In this document: piece by piece, positions 19,266 to 29,343 of the stretch | Numbering within the stretch: position 1 is the stretch's first letter | How the letters are laid out: each line of letters begins with the position of its first letter | Assembly (NCBI GenBank): GCA_028282935.1 | Contig: JANQGU010000114.1 | Location: 1-58,576, forward strand | DNA from: Kiloniellales bacterium | GTDB taxonomy: Bacteria; Pseudomonadota; Alphaproteobacteria; Kiloniellales; JAKSBE01 | Length of the DNA stretch: 58,576 nucleotides | Reading direction: 5' to 3' | Program-made: the position numbers and the translations under genes | The notes under the pieces: model-generated | Databases searched by the model: none | What the model saw: only the letters and a program-made list of their open reading frames with translations | What the model was told of the DNA's origin: nothing

Positions 19266-20417
19266 CTACTGCGCGAGCAGCTTCACCTCCTGGCCGTCCG
19301 CCAGGAAGGTGACCCCCGCGATCGCCACGACGTCGCCCGCGGTCACGCCCTCGGTGATCACCGCCATGTTGTCGCGCACGCCGGCCGCCTTGACCGGCGT
19401 CTTCTTGACCGCCGAGGTCTCGGGGTCGAAGACGAAGACGTAGCCTTCCCGCGCCGCCTCGGGGTTCGGGCCCGGGGCGATGGCGGAGATCGGCACCAAG
19501 TAGGCCTCGCTCGCGTCGTCCCCGCCCAGGATCAGGCTGACCTCGGTGGTCATGCCCGGCAGCGCGTTCTCGTTCTGCCCGAGGATCGCGACCTTGACCG
19601 GAAAGACGTTGCCGGTCTCGGCCTGCGTGCCGATCTCGGAGACCCTTCCCTCCAGGGTGCCGATCTGTCCGGTCAGGAAGCGGACCTCCGACGGCAGCCC
19701 GAGGTTGAGGTCGCGGACGGTGCCCTCCGGCACCGAGATCTTCACCTCCATGGCGCCCTCGACGTAAACGTCGAAGATGGTCTGGCCGCGCGAGACCTCG
19801 GCGAAGCTGTCGACGTAGCGCTTGGCGACCACCCCGTCGAGGGGGGCGAGCAACTCGGTCTTCTCCAGGTCGCGACGTGCCAGGTTCAGCTCTGAGATTC
19901 GGAACCTCACCTGGTTGCGGGCGCTCTCGTAGGCGGCCAGGGTTTGTTCCTGGACCGACTTGGCGACCCACTTCTTCTTGTAGAGGGCGTCCTGCCGCTC
20001 GAACTCGGTCTTCTTCTCGGCTTCGTCGGCGCGCGCGCGGCCCAGCGCGGCTTCCGCCGACTCCACGCTCAGCTCGAAGGTCTGGGTGTCGAGCAGGGCG
20101 AGGACGTCGCCCTTCTTGAAGCGGTCGCCGACGTCGACCTTGAGATCCTTGATGTTGCCGGAGACCTCGAAGCTCAGCGCGGAGGTGTCCACCGCCTCCA
20201 CCAGGCCCGGGAACTTCCGGAGCTGACCCGAGGCCCGTTCCGAGATCGTGATGGTCTTGATCGCCCGGACCTGCGTCAGAACTTCGGGCTGCTCTTCCTC
20301 GCAGGCCGCGAGGCCGAGGGCGGCCAGCAGCGTTGCCGCCGCCAAGGCGAGACCTCGCCCGTGGCGCCGCCGCCGAGGCGACTGGGTCGTGACCGATGCC
20401 GCGTTAGGAACCATCAC
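19266..20417 (-). CDS. RND membrane-fusion (periplasmic adaptor) lipoprotein
   Basis: LAAC lipobox, LSFEVSG, VDVGDRFKKGDVLA and LLAPLDGVV. Confidence 0.92.
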   Translation of the reverse strand: MMVPNAASVTTQSPRRRRHGRGLALAAATLLAALGLAACEEEQPEVLTQVRAIKTITISERASGQLRKFPGLVEAVDTSALSFEVSGNIKDLKVDVGDRFKKGDVLALLDTQTFELSVESAEAALGRARADEAEKKTEFERQDALYKKKWVAKSVQEQTLAAYESARNQVRFRISELNLARRDLEKTELLAPLDGVVAKRYVDSFAEVSRGQTIFDVYVEGAMEVKISVPEGTVRDLNLGLPSEVRFLTGQIGTLEGRVSEIGTQAETGNVFPVKVAILGQNENALPGMTTEVSLILGGDDASEAYLVPISAIAPGPNPEAAREGYVFVFDPETSAVKKTPVKAAGVRDNMAVITEGVTAGDVVAIAGVTFLADGQEVKLLAQ

Positions 20418-20418
20418 G

Positions 20419-21441
20419 CTAGTTCACCTTTTCCTGGACCGTCTGGAAGTACTTCGCCAGGTCGGCCTTCATGCGGTCCTGGCCGACCGATTGCGCGACC
20501 CCGCTGAAGAAGCCGGTGATCTGGTCGGTGAAGGCGCTGTTGACGAAGAAGACCGCGCTGCCGCCCTCGACCGGCAGCGCCACGGCGACCACCTGCAGGG
20601 ACTCGTAAGTGTGGCCGACGAAGTACTCGCGGCGCGTGAGCAGCACGTAGTCGTCGTCGCCGGCGACCATCTGGTGCATGAGCACGAGGCCGGGACGTCC
20701 CTCGACGTTACGCTTCAGCCAGAAGAAGCCCTGGGTGACCTCGGGGTGGCTGTCCTTGGGGAAGCCGAGGAAGACCTTCGCGAACTGGGGAAAGAAGGTC
20801 TGCAGGAAGTCGGTGGCCTGTCCGGCAACCGCTTCCAGCTCCTTCGCCGGCTCCAAGGTCGTGTCGCCCTGCTGATAGGGCGATATGCCCCTCAAGCCCC
20901 CCTGCAGGTAGGCCTGGTGACGGGCCATGAGGATTTCGCGATAGGCGGCGGACACCTTCTGGGGCAGCTCCTGGGAGTCCGCTGAAATGGCCTCCAGCTT
21001 GGCGTTGAGCGCCTCGATCTCCTGGGTGCTGAGGTTGTAGTCGCCGCCGCCGCGATAGCCGTGGAGCTTCTTGGCTTCCGAAAGCTCCGACGCCGTGAAC
21101 CCGACCGCCTGCCATTCCGCGGACTCGACGCTCGGACTCAGCGCGCCGAAGGCCAGGATGCCGGGGTCGTCCTTGAAACCTCGGCCTTCGATCGTTCCGG
21201 GGAGGAGTTCCCTGGGCGGCACGGGAAGGAACATGGCCGCGGCGGCGATCAACTGATCGTCGCGCGTCCGCTCGACGTCCGTGGTGACGATCTTGCCGGA
21301 CTTGAGGTCCGCGCGGTCCTGGTCGCTGTAGCCGAGCCGCGTCATAAGCTCGTCGACCGTCGGCGGCTTTGCCTCCTGTGCCGCGGCGCTGCCGAGCGTC
21401 ACGGCAAACACAAGCAGGGATATGACAATGTTCCTGGGCAT
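20419..21441 (-). CDS. Hypothetical secreted protein
   Basis: Signal peptide MPRNIVISLLVFAVTLGSAAAQ; abuts the adaptor gene. Confidence 0.75.
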   Translation of the reverse strand: MPRNIVISLLVFAVTLGSAAAQEAKPPTVDELMTRLGYSDQDRADLKSGKIVTTDVERTRDDQLIAAAAMFLPVPPRELLPGTIEGRGFKDDPGILAFGALSPSVESAEWQAVGFTASELSEAKKLHGYRGGGDYNLSTQEIEALNAKLEAISADSQELPQKVSAAYREILMARHQAYLQGGLRGISPYQQGDTTLEPAKELEAVAGQATDFLQTFFPQFAKVFLGFPKDSHPEVTQGFFWLKRNVEGRPGLVLMHQMVAGDDDYVLLTRREYFVGHTYESLQVVAVALPVEGGSAVFFVNSAFTDQITGFFSGVAQSVGQDRMKADLAKYFQTVQEKVN

Positions 21442-21688
21442 GCTACCCCCCAATCTCTAACGACCTAAGCTCTTGGACTAAACTAGCCTCTAGGTCAGGT
21501 GTCACCAACCGTCTTCGCGGGGCTTACGCAAACAAAATGACTCCAATGCATTGCGCAAAGTGGATAGTCCGGCCGCAGCAACCGCGATTAATTTGGGACT
21601 TTGATAGCTTTGCGCTCAGCTTCTAGAGCCAGCCGGGATATCATTTACGATGTACGGAAGATGGTATGCGAGCAAGAGGAGGAGCACG

Positions 21689-22156
21689 ATGATACGCGGA
21701 ACGACCCTCGCGCTGGCGGCCTGCGCGGCCATTGCGGTCGCGCAGCCGGTATCGGCCCAGGAGCTCTATTTCTATCCCAGCCAGGGACAAGGTCCGGACA
21801 AGCAGAATCAGGACTTCGGCGAATGCCACGCCTGGGCGATCCAGCAATCCGGCTTCAATCCCATGGTGCAGCAGGCGGGGCCGCCCAAGGAGGCCTCGCA
21901 AGGTGGCGTGGTGCGCGGCGGCGCGCGCGGTGCCGCGGCCGGTGCCGTCGTCGGCGCGATAACCGGGAATGCCGGCAGAGGCGCCGCGGCCGGTGCCGCC
22001 GGAGGCGCGCTGATCGGCGGTTTCCGCAGGGGCGACCAGAAGCGGCAGCAGGACCAGGCGCAACGCCAGTTCAACCAGCAGCAGGCCGCCGGGCGTGCGT
22101 CCTACAACCGCGCGGTCAGTGCCTGCATGCAAGGCCGCGGCTACGGCGTCAGCTAG
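21689..22156 (+). CDS. Glycine-zipper secreted protein
   Basis: GAGGAG SD, signal peptide, YPSQGQ..Q..D..EC..WA motif and GAAAGAVVGA zipper. Confidence 0.85.
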   Translation: MIRGTTLALAACAAIAVAQPVSAQELYFYPSQGQGPDKQNQDFGECHAWAIQQSGFNPMVQQAGPPKEASQGGVVRGGARGAAAGAVVGAITGNAGRGAAAGAAGGALIGGFRRGDQKRQQDQAQRQFNQQQAAGRASYNRAVSACMQGRGYGVS

Positions 22157-22170
22157 GGAAGGATCCGAGC

Positions 22171-22578
22171 ATGAGAGTCCTGCACAGTGTTGCCCTGGCC
22201 GCCTTCCTCCTGGCGCCCGGCCTTGCCTGGGCGGAGGGCTTCGACGGTTCGAAGCCGCTGATCTGCGCCTCGGTCGACAGCCTGTCCTGCGCGCCGGGCG
22301 AGAACTGCGTGGCCGCGACGACCGAAGCGCTGAACATCCCGCAGTTCCTGCGCATCAACTTCGCCGACAAGGAGGTCACCGCGGAGCGGCCCGATGGCGA
22401 GGCGCGGACATCGGAGATCCAGCGGCTGGAGGCGCTCGACAACGAGATCATCCTGCAGGGCAGCCAAGGCGGCCTGGGGTGGAGCCTGACGATCACCCGG
22501 GCGAGCGGCAAGATGTCGCTCTCGGCCGTCGGCGACCAGGTCGCCTTCGTGGTCTTCGGCGCCTGCACGCGGCTGTGA
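22171..22578 (+). CDS. Hypothetical secreted protein
   Basis: Signal peptide followed by FDGSKPLICA; ends FGACT. Confidence 0.8.
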   Translation: MRVLHSVALAAFLLAPGLAWAEGFDGSKPLICASVDSLSCAPGENCVAATTEALNIPQFLRINFADKEVTAERPDGEARTSEIQRLEALDNEIILQGSQGGLGWSLTITRASGKMSLSAVGDQVAFVVFGACTRL

Positions 22579-22631
22579 CCGCCTTCGAGGGCCGGCCGTT
22601 CGGGGAAGAACGACCGAGGGAGGCAAGAGGC

Positions 22632-23045
22632 ATGAGACGCATGGCATCGGGTCTTGCCGCCGCGGGCCTCGCCGCCGCGGTGGCGCTCGCGGCGAGCGGC
22701 CTGCGCGCGCAAGGGGGCGAGAAGATCCTCGGCCTGACGACCGACAACTTCCAGCTCGACTCCGCCCAGGAGCTGCTCGAGATCTGCACGCTGGAGTCGG
22801 CTCATCCGGACTACCAGACGGCCGTCGGCTTTTGCTACGGCTTCATCTCCGGCGGCGGGCACTTTCATCGGGCGCTCAGCCAGGGACCCGACTTCGACGC
22901 CATAACCTGCCCGCCCCGGGAGATCACGCACGACCAGGTGGTGAGGGTCTTCGCGGCCTACGCGCGCGACAACCCGCAGTACATGGAGGAGGCGCCGATG
23001 GACGTCCTGTTCCGTGCGGCGGCCGCGGAGTGGCCCTGCGAATAG
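22632..23045 (+). CDS. Rap1a/Tai-like immunity family protein
   Basis: Signal peptide; LLEIC..FCYGFISG..CPP..QVVRVF..Y...P....WPC Cys pattern. Confidence 0.78.
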   Translation: MRRMASGLAAAGLAAAVALAASGLRAQGGEKILGLTTDNFQLDSAQELLEICTLESAHPDYQTAVGFCYGFISGGGHFHRALSQGPDFDAITCPPREITHDQVVRVFAAYARDNPQYMEEAPMDVLFRAAAAEWPCE

Positions 23046-23078
23046 CGAAGTCAAGCGAGAGAATGGAGAGAGCCAGTC

Positions 23079-23489
23079 ATGCAAGATACCTTGGCAACGA
23101 CCGATAGCGGTCTTCGTGGCGGCGGCCTGCTGCGCCGTGCCGCGGTTCCCCTCCTGCTGGCGGTCGCGCTGGTGGTCGGCGGCTGCACCATGTCGGAGAC
23201 GCAGCAGCGTACGGTGAGCGGCGCCGGCATCGGTGCCGCCGCGGGCGCCGCAGGGGGCGCCCTGTTCGGGGCCATCGCGGGCGTGCCCGGCACCGGTGCC
23301 GCGATCGGAGCCGCGGCGGGCGCGGCCCTCGGCGGTGCCGGCGGCTACATCTACGACCAGCAGAAGAAGCGCGAGGCCTCCGACGCCGAAGCCGCGCGCC
23401 TGCGGGACGAGAACGAGCAGTTGCGGCTGCGGCAGGAGAACGAGGAACTGCGCCGGCAACTGCAACAACAGCAGCAGCAGTCGCAGTAG
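23079..23489 (+). CDS. Glycine-zipper lipoprotein with coiled-coil tail
   Basis: VGGC lipobox, GAGIGAAAGAAGG zipper and Q-rich coiled coil. Confidence 0.82.
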   Translation: MQDTLATTDSGLRGGGLLRRAAVPLLLAVALVVGGCTMSETQQRTVSGAGIGAAAGAAGGALFGAIAGVPGTGAAIGAAAGAALGGAGGYIYDQQKKREASDAEAARLRDENEQLRLRQENEELRRQLQQQQQQSQ

Positions 23490-23826
23490 CCGCCGCTCTT
23501 GCCTGGGGGCGGGCCTTGCTCGCTACGCGCCTTCGCGTCTCCGGCGCGGCCTTCCGGTCCTCGGCCGACGGCCGCAGTCCCGGCCTGGCGCGGGCGCCGA
23601 GGCGATCGGGGGCGCGCAAGGCGTTCTTCTCCGGTGCTGGCCAGAATCCCGCGGTGTCGTATGATGGAATCGGGACGGGCGCCCTGACGGGGGGACTTCG
23701 CCTCGAGGCGAGGCAAGACCCGATCGGCGCCTCGAAGATCTCGGGCACCCCGCCTTGGGGCGGGGACCGCGACCGGCAAGCGCCCAGGCGTTTCTTTGGC
23801 CAGGCGCTGCGTTGGGGGAAGCGGGG

Positions 23827-24975
23827 ATGACCGCTGAAACGACGGCGACGAAGGGGAGCGAGTTCGAGCTCGAGCCGACCCGGGACGCCCTGGTCCTGAA
23901 GCTGAAAGGTCCCTGGCGGCTGTCGGGCGGAATCAGCTCGATCGAGAGCCTGTTCGAGCGGCGCGAGCTGACGTCGATCCCCTCAAGGATCAGGCTGGAC
24001 TCCTCGGCGCTGACGGATTGGGACAGCGCCTTGATCTGCTTTCTCGTCGAGCTGAAGAAGCGCTGCCGGACCCTCGGCATCGCACTGGACGCCGACGGGC
24101 TGCCCGAAGGCGCGAGGCGCCTCGTGGCGCTCGCGCTCGCGGTGCCGGAGCGCGAGGGATCGCATCGCGCCGAGGAGTCGCTCGGCTTCACCACCGAGGT
24201 CGGGCGCGAGGTCATCGAGGCCATCAAGAGCGCCGGCGACATGGTCGAGTTCATGGGCGAGAGCTTCATCGCCCTGGGCCGCGCGATCCGGGGCAAGGCC
24301 CGCTTCCGCATGTCCGACACGATCCTCATCGTCCAGCAGTGCGGCCCCGACGCGCTGCCGATCGTGGCCCTCATCTCCTTCCTGGTCGGGATGATCCTGG
24401 GTTTCGTCGGCCTGGTGCAGCTGGAGCAGTTCGGCGCCGACCTCTACGTCGCCAACCTCGTGGCCGTCGCCGTCGTCCGCGAGCTGGGCGGCATGATGAC
24501 CGCCATCATCATGGCCGGGCGGACCGGCGCGGCCTTCGCCGCGCAGCTCGGCACGATGCAGGTCAACGACGAGATCGCCGCCTTCAGGACCATCGGCATT
24601 CCGCCGGTCGAGTTCCTGGTCCTGCCGCGCATGCTGGCGCTGATCTTCGCCGTGCCCCTGCTGACCATCTTTGCCAACGTGGTCGGGATGCTGGGCGGCT
24701 CGGCGGTCACCATGGCCCTTACCGAGGTGAGCCTGCTTCAGTACTACGTCCAGACCGCGGCCTCGGTCGACCTGGTCGACTGGGCGAGCGGCCTGTTCAA
24801 GGCCACGGTCTACGGCGTGATCATCGCCATCTCCGGCTGCCTGCGCGGCATGCAGTCCAGCAAGAGCGCCGCCGCGGTCGGCGATGCCGCGACCTCGGCC
24901 GTGGTCATGGCGATCGTGATGATCATCGTCGCCGAGGCGACCTTGACCGTGATGTATCAGATCCTGGGGATCTAG
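23827..24975 (+). CDS. mlaE: MlaE-family ABC permease with N-terminal STAS-like domain
   Basis: RELGGMMTAIIMAGRTGAAFAAQLGTMQVNDEI and LVLPRMLAL. Confidence 0.9.
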   Translation: MTAETTATKGSEFELEPTRDALVLKLKGPWRLSGGISSIESLFERRELTSIPSRIRLDSSALTDWDSALICFLVELKKRCRTLGIALDADGLPEGARRLVALALAVPEREGSHRAEESLGFTTEVGREVIEAIKSAGDMVEFMGESFIALGRAIRGKARFRMSDTILIVQQCGPDALPIVALISFLVGMILGFVGLVQLEQFGADLYVANLVAVAVVRELGGMMTAIIMAGRTGAAFAAQLGTMQVNDEIAAFRTIGIPPVEFLVLPRMLALIFAVPLLTIFANVVGMLGGSAVTMALTEVSLLQYYVQTAASVDLVDWASGLFKATVYGVIIAISGCLRGMQSSKSAAAVGDAATSAVVMAIVMIIVAEATLTVMYQILGI

Positions 24976-24978
24976 CCG

Positions 24979-25794
24979 ATGGCGGAGCAGCAGATCCCGG
25001 AAACCGCCGGAGCCGGCACGCCGGCCGCGGCGCCGCGCGGCAAGGGACGCGCGCCGATCGTGGTCGAGGACGTGACCATGGCCTACGGCAGCTTCGTGGT
25101 TCAGAAGAACCTCAACTTCACGGTCGAGCGCGGCGACGTCTTCATCATCATGGGCGGCAGCGGCTGCGGGAAGAGCACGGTCATGCGCGCCCTGATCTCG
25201 ATGCAGCCGCCGGCCGAGGGACGGGTCTGGTTCGAGGGGCAAAGCCTCTGGGAGATCGACGAGACCGCGCGCCAGGGCCTGATGCAGGAGACCGGCGTGG
25301 TGTTCCAGAGCGGCGGCCTCTGGAGCTCGATGACCCTGGCCGAGAACATCTGCCTGCCGCTCGGCGAGTACACCGACCTCTCGGCCAAGGACGCCCGGGA
25401 GGTCGCCAAGCTCAAGCTGGCGCTGGTCGGCCTGGCCGGCTTCGAGGACTTCTATCCTTCCGAGATCTCGGGCGGCATGCAGCGTCGCGCCGGCGTCGCG
25501 CGCGCCCTGGCCCTGGATCCGGAAATGCTGTTCTTTGACGAGCCCTCGGCCGGGCTCGACCCGATCAGCTCCCGTCGTCTGGACGACCTGATCCTGGAGC
25601 TGCGGGACAGCCTCGGGACGACCATCATCGTCGTCACCCACGAGCTCGCGAGCATCTTCGCCATCGGCAGCAACTCCGTGGTCCTCGACCCGGAGACCAA
25701 GACCCAGATCGCGACCGGAGATCCGAAGTGGCTGCGCGATCACAGCGACAACCCTGGCGTCCGCGCGTTCCTGAACCGCGGGGAGGGCGGCTGA
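24979..25794 (+). CDS. mlaF: MlaF-family ABC ATPase
   Basis: GGSGCGKS, ISGGM and FFDEPSAGLDP. Confidence 0.9.
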   Translation: MAEQQIPETAGAGTPAAAPRGKGRAPIVVEDVTMAYGSFVVQKNLNFTVERGDVFIIMGGSGCGKSTVMRALISMQPPAEGRVWFEGQSLWEIDETARQGLMQETGVVFQSGGLWSSMTLAENICLPLGEYTDLSAKDAREVAKLKLALVGLAGFEDFYPSEISGGMQRRAGVARALALDPEMLFFDEPSAGLDPISSRRLDDLILELRDSLGTTIIVVTHELASIFAIGSNSVVLDPETKTQIATGDPKWLRDHSDNPGVRAFLNRGEGG

Positions 25795-25836
25795 TGCCGG
25801 CCCGGCGCCGGACGGAGAGGGAGGTCTGACAAAGGC

Positions 25837-26787
25837 ATGAAAAAGGCCAATGCAAGGGCGGTCGGAGGCTTCGTCATCGGTGCCGTGCTGCTCGCCGTCG
25901 GGGCCGTCGGCGTCTTCGGCAGCGGCCGCTTCTTCGAGGAGAGGGGAACCGTGGTTGCCTTCTTCGAGGGATCGCTCATGGGCCTGCGCGTGGGGGCGCC
26001 GGTCGAGATGCGCGGGGTTCAGATCGGGACCGTCACGGAGTTCTGGGCCCAGGTCGATCCGGAGACGCTCGAGTTCACCTTTCCGGTCCTGATGGAGATC
26101 GAGCAATCGAGAATCCGCGGGATCTCGGATGCCGACGAGGATGACGACCGCCTGCCCGAGCTGATCGAGAACGGCCTGCGCGCGCAGCTTGTCACCCAAA
26201 GCCTGGTCACCGGCCAGCAATCGATCCAGATGCAATTCCTGCCCGAGACCGAGGTCAAGTTCGTCGAGACGGATCTCCCCTACAGGCAGGTGCCGACCGT
26301 ACCCTCCGCCTTCGAGGAGATCGCCGATGACGTCGGCGAGGTGATCAAGCGCGCGAACGTGCTGCTCGATCGCGTGAACGGCATCCTCTCCGATGACAAC
26401 CGGGCACAGGTCGACGAGATCCTGGCCAACGTCTCCAACACGACGGACGAGCTGCAAAAGGGCGTCAATTCCCTGAACGACCTGATCGTGGATGCGGGCG
26501 CGGTGATGGACAACATCAAGGACAGCAACCCGAAGCTCCAGGAGCTGCTGGACACGGGAGAGGCGACCCTCGAGTCCTACAAGGCCCTGGCCGAGCGGAG
26601 CACGGCCCTGGTCGAGGAGAACCGCAAGGGCATGAAGGACTTCACCACGACCGGGCTCTACGAGCTGACCAACCTGGCCATCGACGCCCAGGGCGCGATC
26701 GAGCAGTTTCGGCGGGTGATGGAGGAGATGGAGCGCGACCCGGCGCGCTTCTTCCTGGGCAAGCCCGGAGAAGTGGAGGTGCAATGA
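25837..26787 (+). CDS. mlaD: MCE/MlaD-family protein
   Basis: GLRVGAPVEMRGVQIGTV, GLRAQL and helical C-terminus. Confidence 0.88.
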   Translation: MKKANARAVGGFVIGAVLLAVGAVGVFGSGRFFEERGTVVAFFEGSLMGLRVGAPVEMRGVQIGTVTEFWAQVDPETLEFTFPVLMEIEQSRIRGISDADEDDDRLPELIENGLRAQLVTQSLVTGQQSIQMQFLPETEVKFVETDLPYRQVPTVPSAFEEIADDVGEVIKRANVLLDRVNGILSDDNRAQVDEILANVSNTTDELQKGVNSLNDLIVDAGAVMDNIKDSNPKLQELLDTGEATLESYKALAERSTALVEENRKGMKDFTTTGLYELTNLAIDAQGAIEQFRRVMEEMERDPARFFLGKPGEVEVQ

Positions 26788-27434
26788 TGGAACGGCGCAA
26801 GCATTCGGGGATCCCCACCACGAGGCGGGCCTTCGGTGGCCTGCTCCTGTCGCTGCCGCTGCTGGCCCTGGGCGGCTGCGGCGGCCTGCCCGGCTCGGGT
26901 CCGGCCGCGCGGCGGGTCAGGCTCACCGCGGCGGACGACTTCCCTCCGCGCATGCCGTCCGTGGCCTGGACGCTCCTGGTCAACGAGCCGACCGCGACCT
27001 TGTCCCTGAACTCGGCGAAGGTCGCCTACATCGGCGACAAGAAGCAGATCGAGTACCTCGCCACCGCCGAATGGGCGAGCCGGGCGCCCGAGATGGTCAT
27101 GGAGCTCTTGGTCGAGTCCTTCCAGAATTCGAACAAGATCCTGACGGTCGGCGACCGGCGAGCGCGGATCCGTCCCGACTTCGAGCTCGACACCCGGCTG
27201 TCGGACTTCCAGTACGAGGAGACGGCCGCGAACGCCGGGGTGGTCCGAGTCAAGCTGGAGACGACCCTCGTAAAGCGTCCGCAGCGTTCGCCTCTGGCAT
27301 CGCTGTCCTTCGAGTCCAGCGCCGAGGTCTCGCCGCGCTCTCTGGACAACATCCTCGCCGCCTTCGACGAGAGCTTGCGGGACGTCATGGAGCAGACGGT
27401 CGAGTGGACGCTCCAGACGGGCGCCAGCGCGTGA
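26784..27434 (+). CDS. PqiC-like ABC auxiliary lipoprotein
   Basis: LGGC lipobox, EWASRAPEM; last gene of the MCE operon. Confidence 0.82.
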   Translation: MMERRKHSGIPTTRRAFGGLLLSLPLLALGGCGGLPGSGPAARRVRLTAADDFPPRMPSVAWTLLVNEPTATLSLNSAKVAYIGDKKQIEYLATAEWASRAPEMVMELLVESFQNSNKILTVGDRRARIRPDFELDTRLSDFQYEETAANAGVVRVKLETTLVKRPQRSPLASLSFESSAEVSPRSLDNILAAFDESLRDVMEQTVEWTLQTGASA

Positions 27435-27460
27435 GCCGGCCGGGCTGGCGCTATCCTGTT

Positions 27461-28582
27461 CTAGCCTTTTTCGGCGGCTGATCTCGGCGCGGCGGTCTTG
27501 GGCGCGCGCGGCCCAAGGGAGCCAGATTTTCTCGCCGCCGGTGCCCGCTGAACCCGGAACAGCCGGGTTTGCTTCTGGCCCAGCGTCTGTGAGGGCAGTC
27601 TGCCGAAATGGCTGTCGTAGGCCCGGGAGAAGCGCCCGAGGTGATAGAAGCCCCAGTGGGTGGCGATGTCGGTCACGGAGGTCTGCGAAGGATCGGCCCG
27701 CTTCAGCTCGCTGTGGGCGCCCGCGAGGCGCCGCAGGGTGTGATAGCGGCCCGGCGAGACGCCGAAGTAGTCCTGGAAGGCGTACTGCAAGGTCCTGACG
27801 CTGACCCCCAGTGCGGCGCCGAGGTCGGTGAGCACCAGCGGCTCGTGCCGTCTCGCCTCCATGACGTCCCGCGCGCGGCGGGCGTGACGCGCCTTCTGCT
27901 CGATGGTCCTGGCCTGCGCCTCGGGCAGGTCCCGGTCGCTGGCGCAGACGGCGGTCACCAGCAGGCTCGTCAGGTAGCGGGAGAGGCCCTGGGCGCCCAG
28001 GCCGGACAGGGGCGACCCGGGATCCGATCGGAAAAGCTCGCTCACTCTGGTTTTCAGAAGCGCGACCCCGGGCCCCTTCATGAGGTGCAGCGCTTCGCCG
28101 CCCCTTGCCGCCAGGGCATGCGGGCCGAGCGCGCTGTGCAGGACCGCCTGCCGGGTTTCCTCGGACAGATAGATGACCGTCGCCTCGATGCCGCCCTCGA
28201 TCGTCAGATCGATGTCGCGCGCCCGGTCGACCAGGACCAGGTTGCGGTCGGTCACCCGCTGCCCCTGGCAGCGAAAGGACCGGCCGATCTTCATCGGCAG
28301 GACCATCGGAAGCAGAGTCTTGGGTGCGCTGCCGGCAACATGGAAGGAGCAGTCGCGATAGGTCTTTTGGGCTAAATACAGTCCCGGCAGGTCGAGGCCG
28401 GCGTACTGCCCGGAGAAATTGCGCGCATCCAAAGGAAGGAACCGGATATCCCATCCCTCGAGCCTCGAAAGCTCGTTCGCTTGATCGATGTTCTCGAGCC
28501 GAAGCCGAAAGATCGGGGGGGCAGGCCCTGTCCCCAAAAGTGTGCCTTTTTGCACCCCTGGTCCTCTCTCACGCGTACTCAA
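27461..28582 (-). CDS. AraC-family regulator (EutR-like); start uncertain
   Basis: C-terminal LGVSVRTLQYAF and VTDIATHWGFYHLGRFSRAY..FGRLPSQT. Confidence 0.88.
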   Translation of the reverse strand: MSTRERGPGVQKGTLLGTGPAPPIFRLRLENIDQANELSRLEGWDIRFLPLDARNFSGQYAGLDLPGLYLAQKTYRDCSFHVAGSAPKTLLPMVLPMKIGRSFRCQGQRVTDRNLVLVDRARDIDLTIEGGIEATVIYLSEETRQAVLHSALGPHALAARGGEALHLMKGPGVALLKTRVSELFRSDPGSPLSGLGAQGLSRYLTSLLVTAVCASDRDLPEAQARTIEQKARHARRARDVMEARRHEPLVLTDLGAALGVSVRTLQYAFQDYFGVSPGRYHTLRRLAGAHSELKRADPSQTSVTDIATHWGFYHLGRFSRAYDSHFGRLPSQTLGQKQTRLFRVQRAPAARKSGSLGPRAPKTAAPRSAAEKG

Positions 28583-28902
28583 TAGGTTTTAGATTGCTCC
28601 TCTTACGCCAGATTGTCATTTACGGATCAGAAACTCCGGAATCGGCGCGGCTCCCGCGCTGGCCCGCGGATTCCATGACGCTGCCGCCTTTCGGGCTCGG
28701 CCCGCTCCGCGCGCCCGGAGGGCGCCGTCGCATGGCGGTCGCAAGCGCCGCCGGCGAGCGCTTGTCTGCCGTCGGTCGAGCGCGGATAGGCGGCTCTATC
28801 TCTATGAAATAGATCAAATTACTTATGCCAATTGATTCCAATCGGGCAGAGTTTGATCTAGGCTCACCGAAGCGGTGTTTTTTTGGCGGAGCAGAGAAAG
28901 AG

Positions 28903-29343
28903 ATGGCGATGTACGCGCGGATGGCAGGCTTCCTTGCGCTGGCGTTCCTCCTGAGCCCGATGGCCGTCACCTCGGCGCGGGCGGAGGCGGGGTCGATGAC
29001 CGATCTCGTCGGCAATCCCACGGCCGACCTTTCGCCCGAGGGCGTCTTCGAGCGGATCGACCAGAGCGGCGACGGCAAGATCAACCGGGCGGAACTGACC
29101 ACCCGGAAGATGAACGTCTTCTTCGTCCGCGATCAGAACCAGGACACGCACCTTTCGCCCGAGGAGTTCGGCTCCCTCAGCAAGCCGGTCTTCGACGCGC
29201 TGGACAAGGACGGGGACGGCCGCATCTCCGGCTTCGAGTTCAATCAGGGCGAAGTGACCAAGTTCGAGACGATCGATGCCAACGGCGACGACACCATAAG
29301 CCTCGAAGAGTTCCAGTCCTTCCGGATCCAGATCAAGGAATAG
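28903..29343 (+). CDS. Secreted EF-hand protein, paralog of 14721-15155
   Basis: Signal peptide; four EF loops; shares SGFEFNQ and LEEF with the first copy. Confidence 0.85.
   Translation: MAMYARMAGFLALAFLLSPMAVTSARAEAGSMTDLVGNPTADLSPEGVFERIDQSGDGKINRAELTTRKMNVFFVRDQNQDTHLSPEEFGSLSKPVFDALDKDGDGRISGFEFNQGEVTKFETIDANGDDTISLEEFQSFRIQIKE

Noticed and set aside
15715-19971. Very long alternative-frame and antisense ORFs (1418 aa and 1168 aa here; also 34422-37655, 23983-26784, 48891-51425)
   Set aside because: Shadow ORFs of high-GC genes: low-complexity R/G/P/A-rich or antisense to clearly recognisable proteins.
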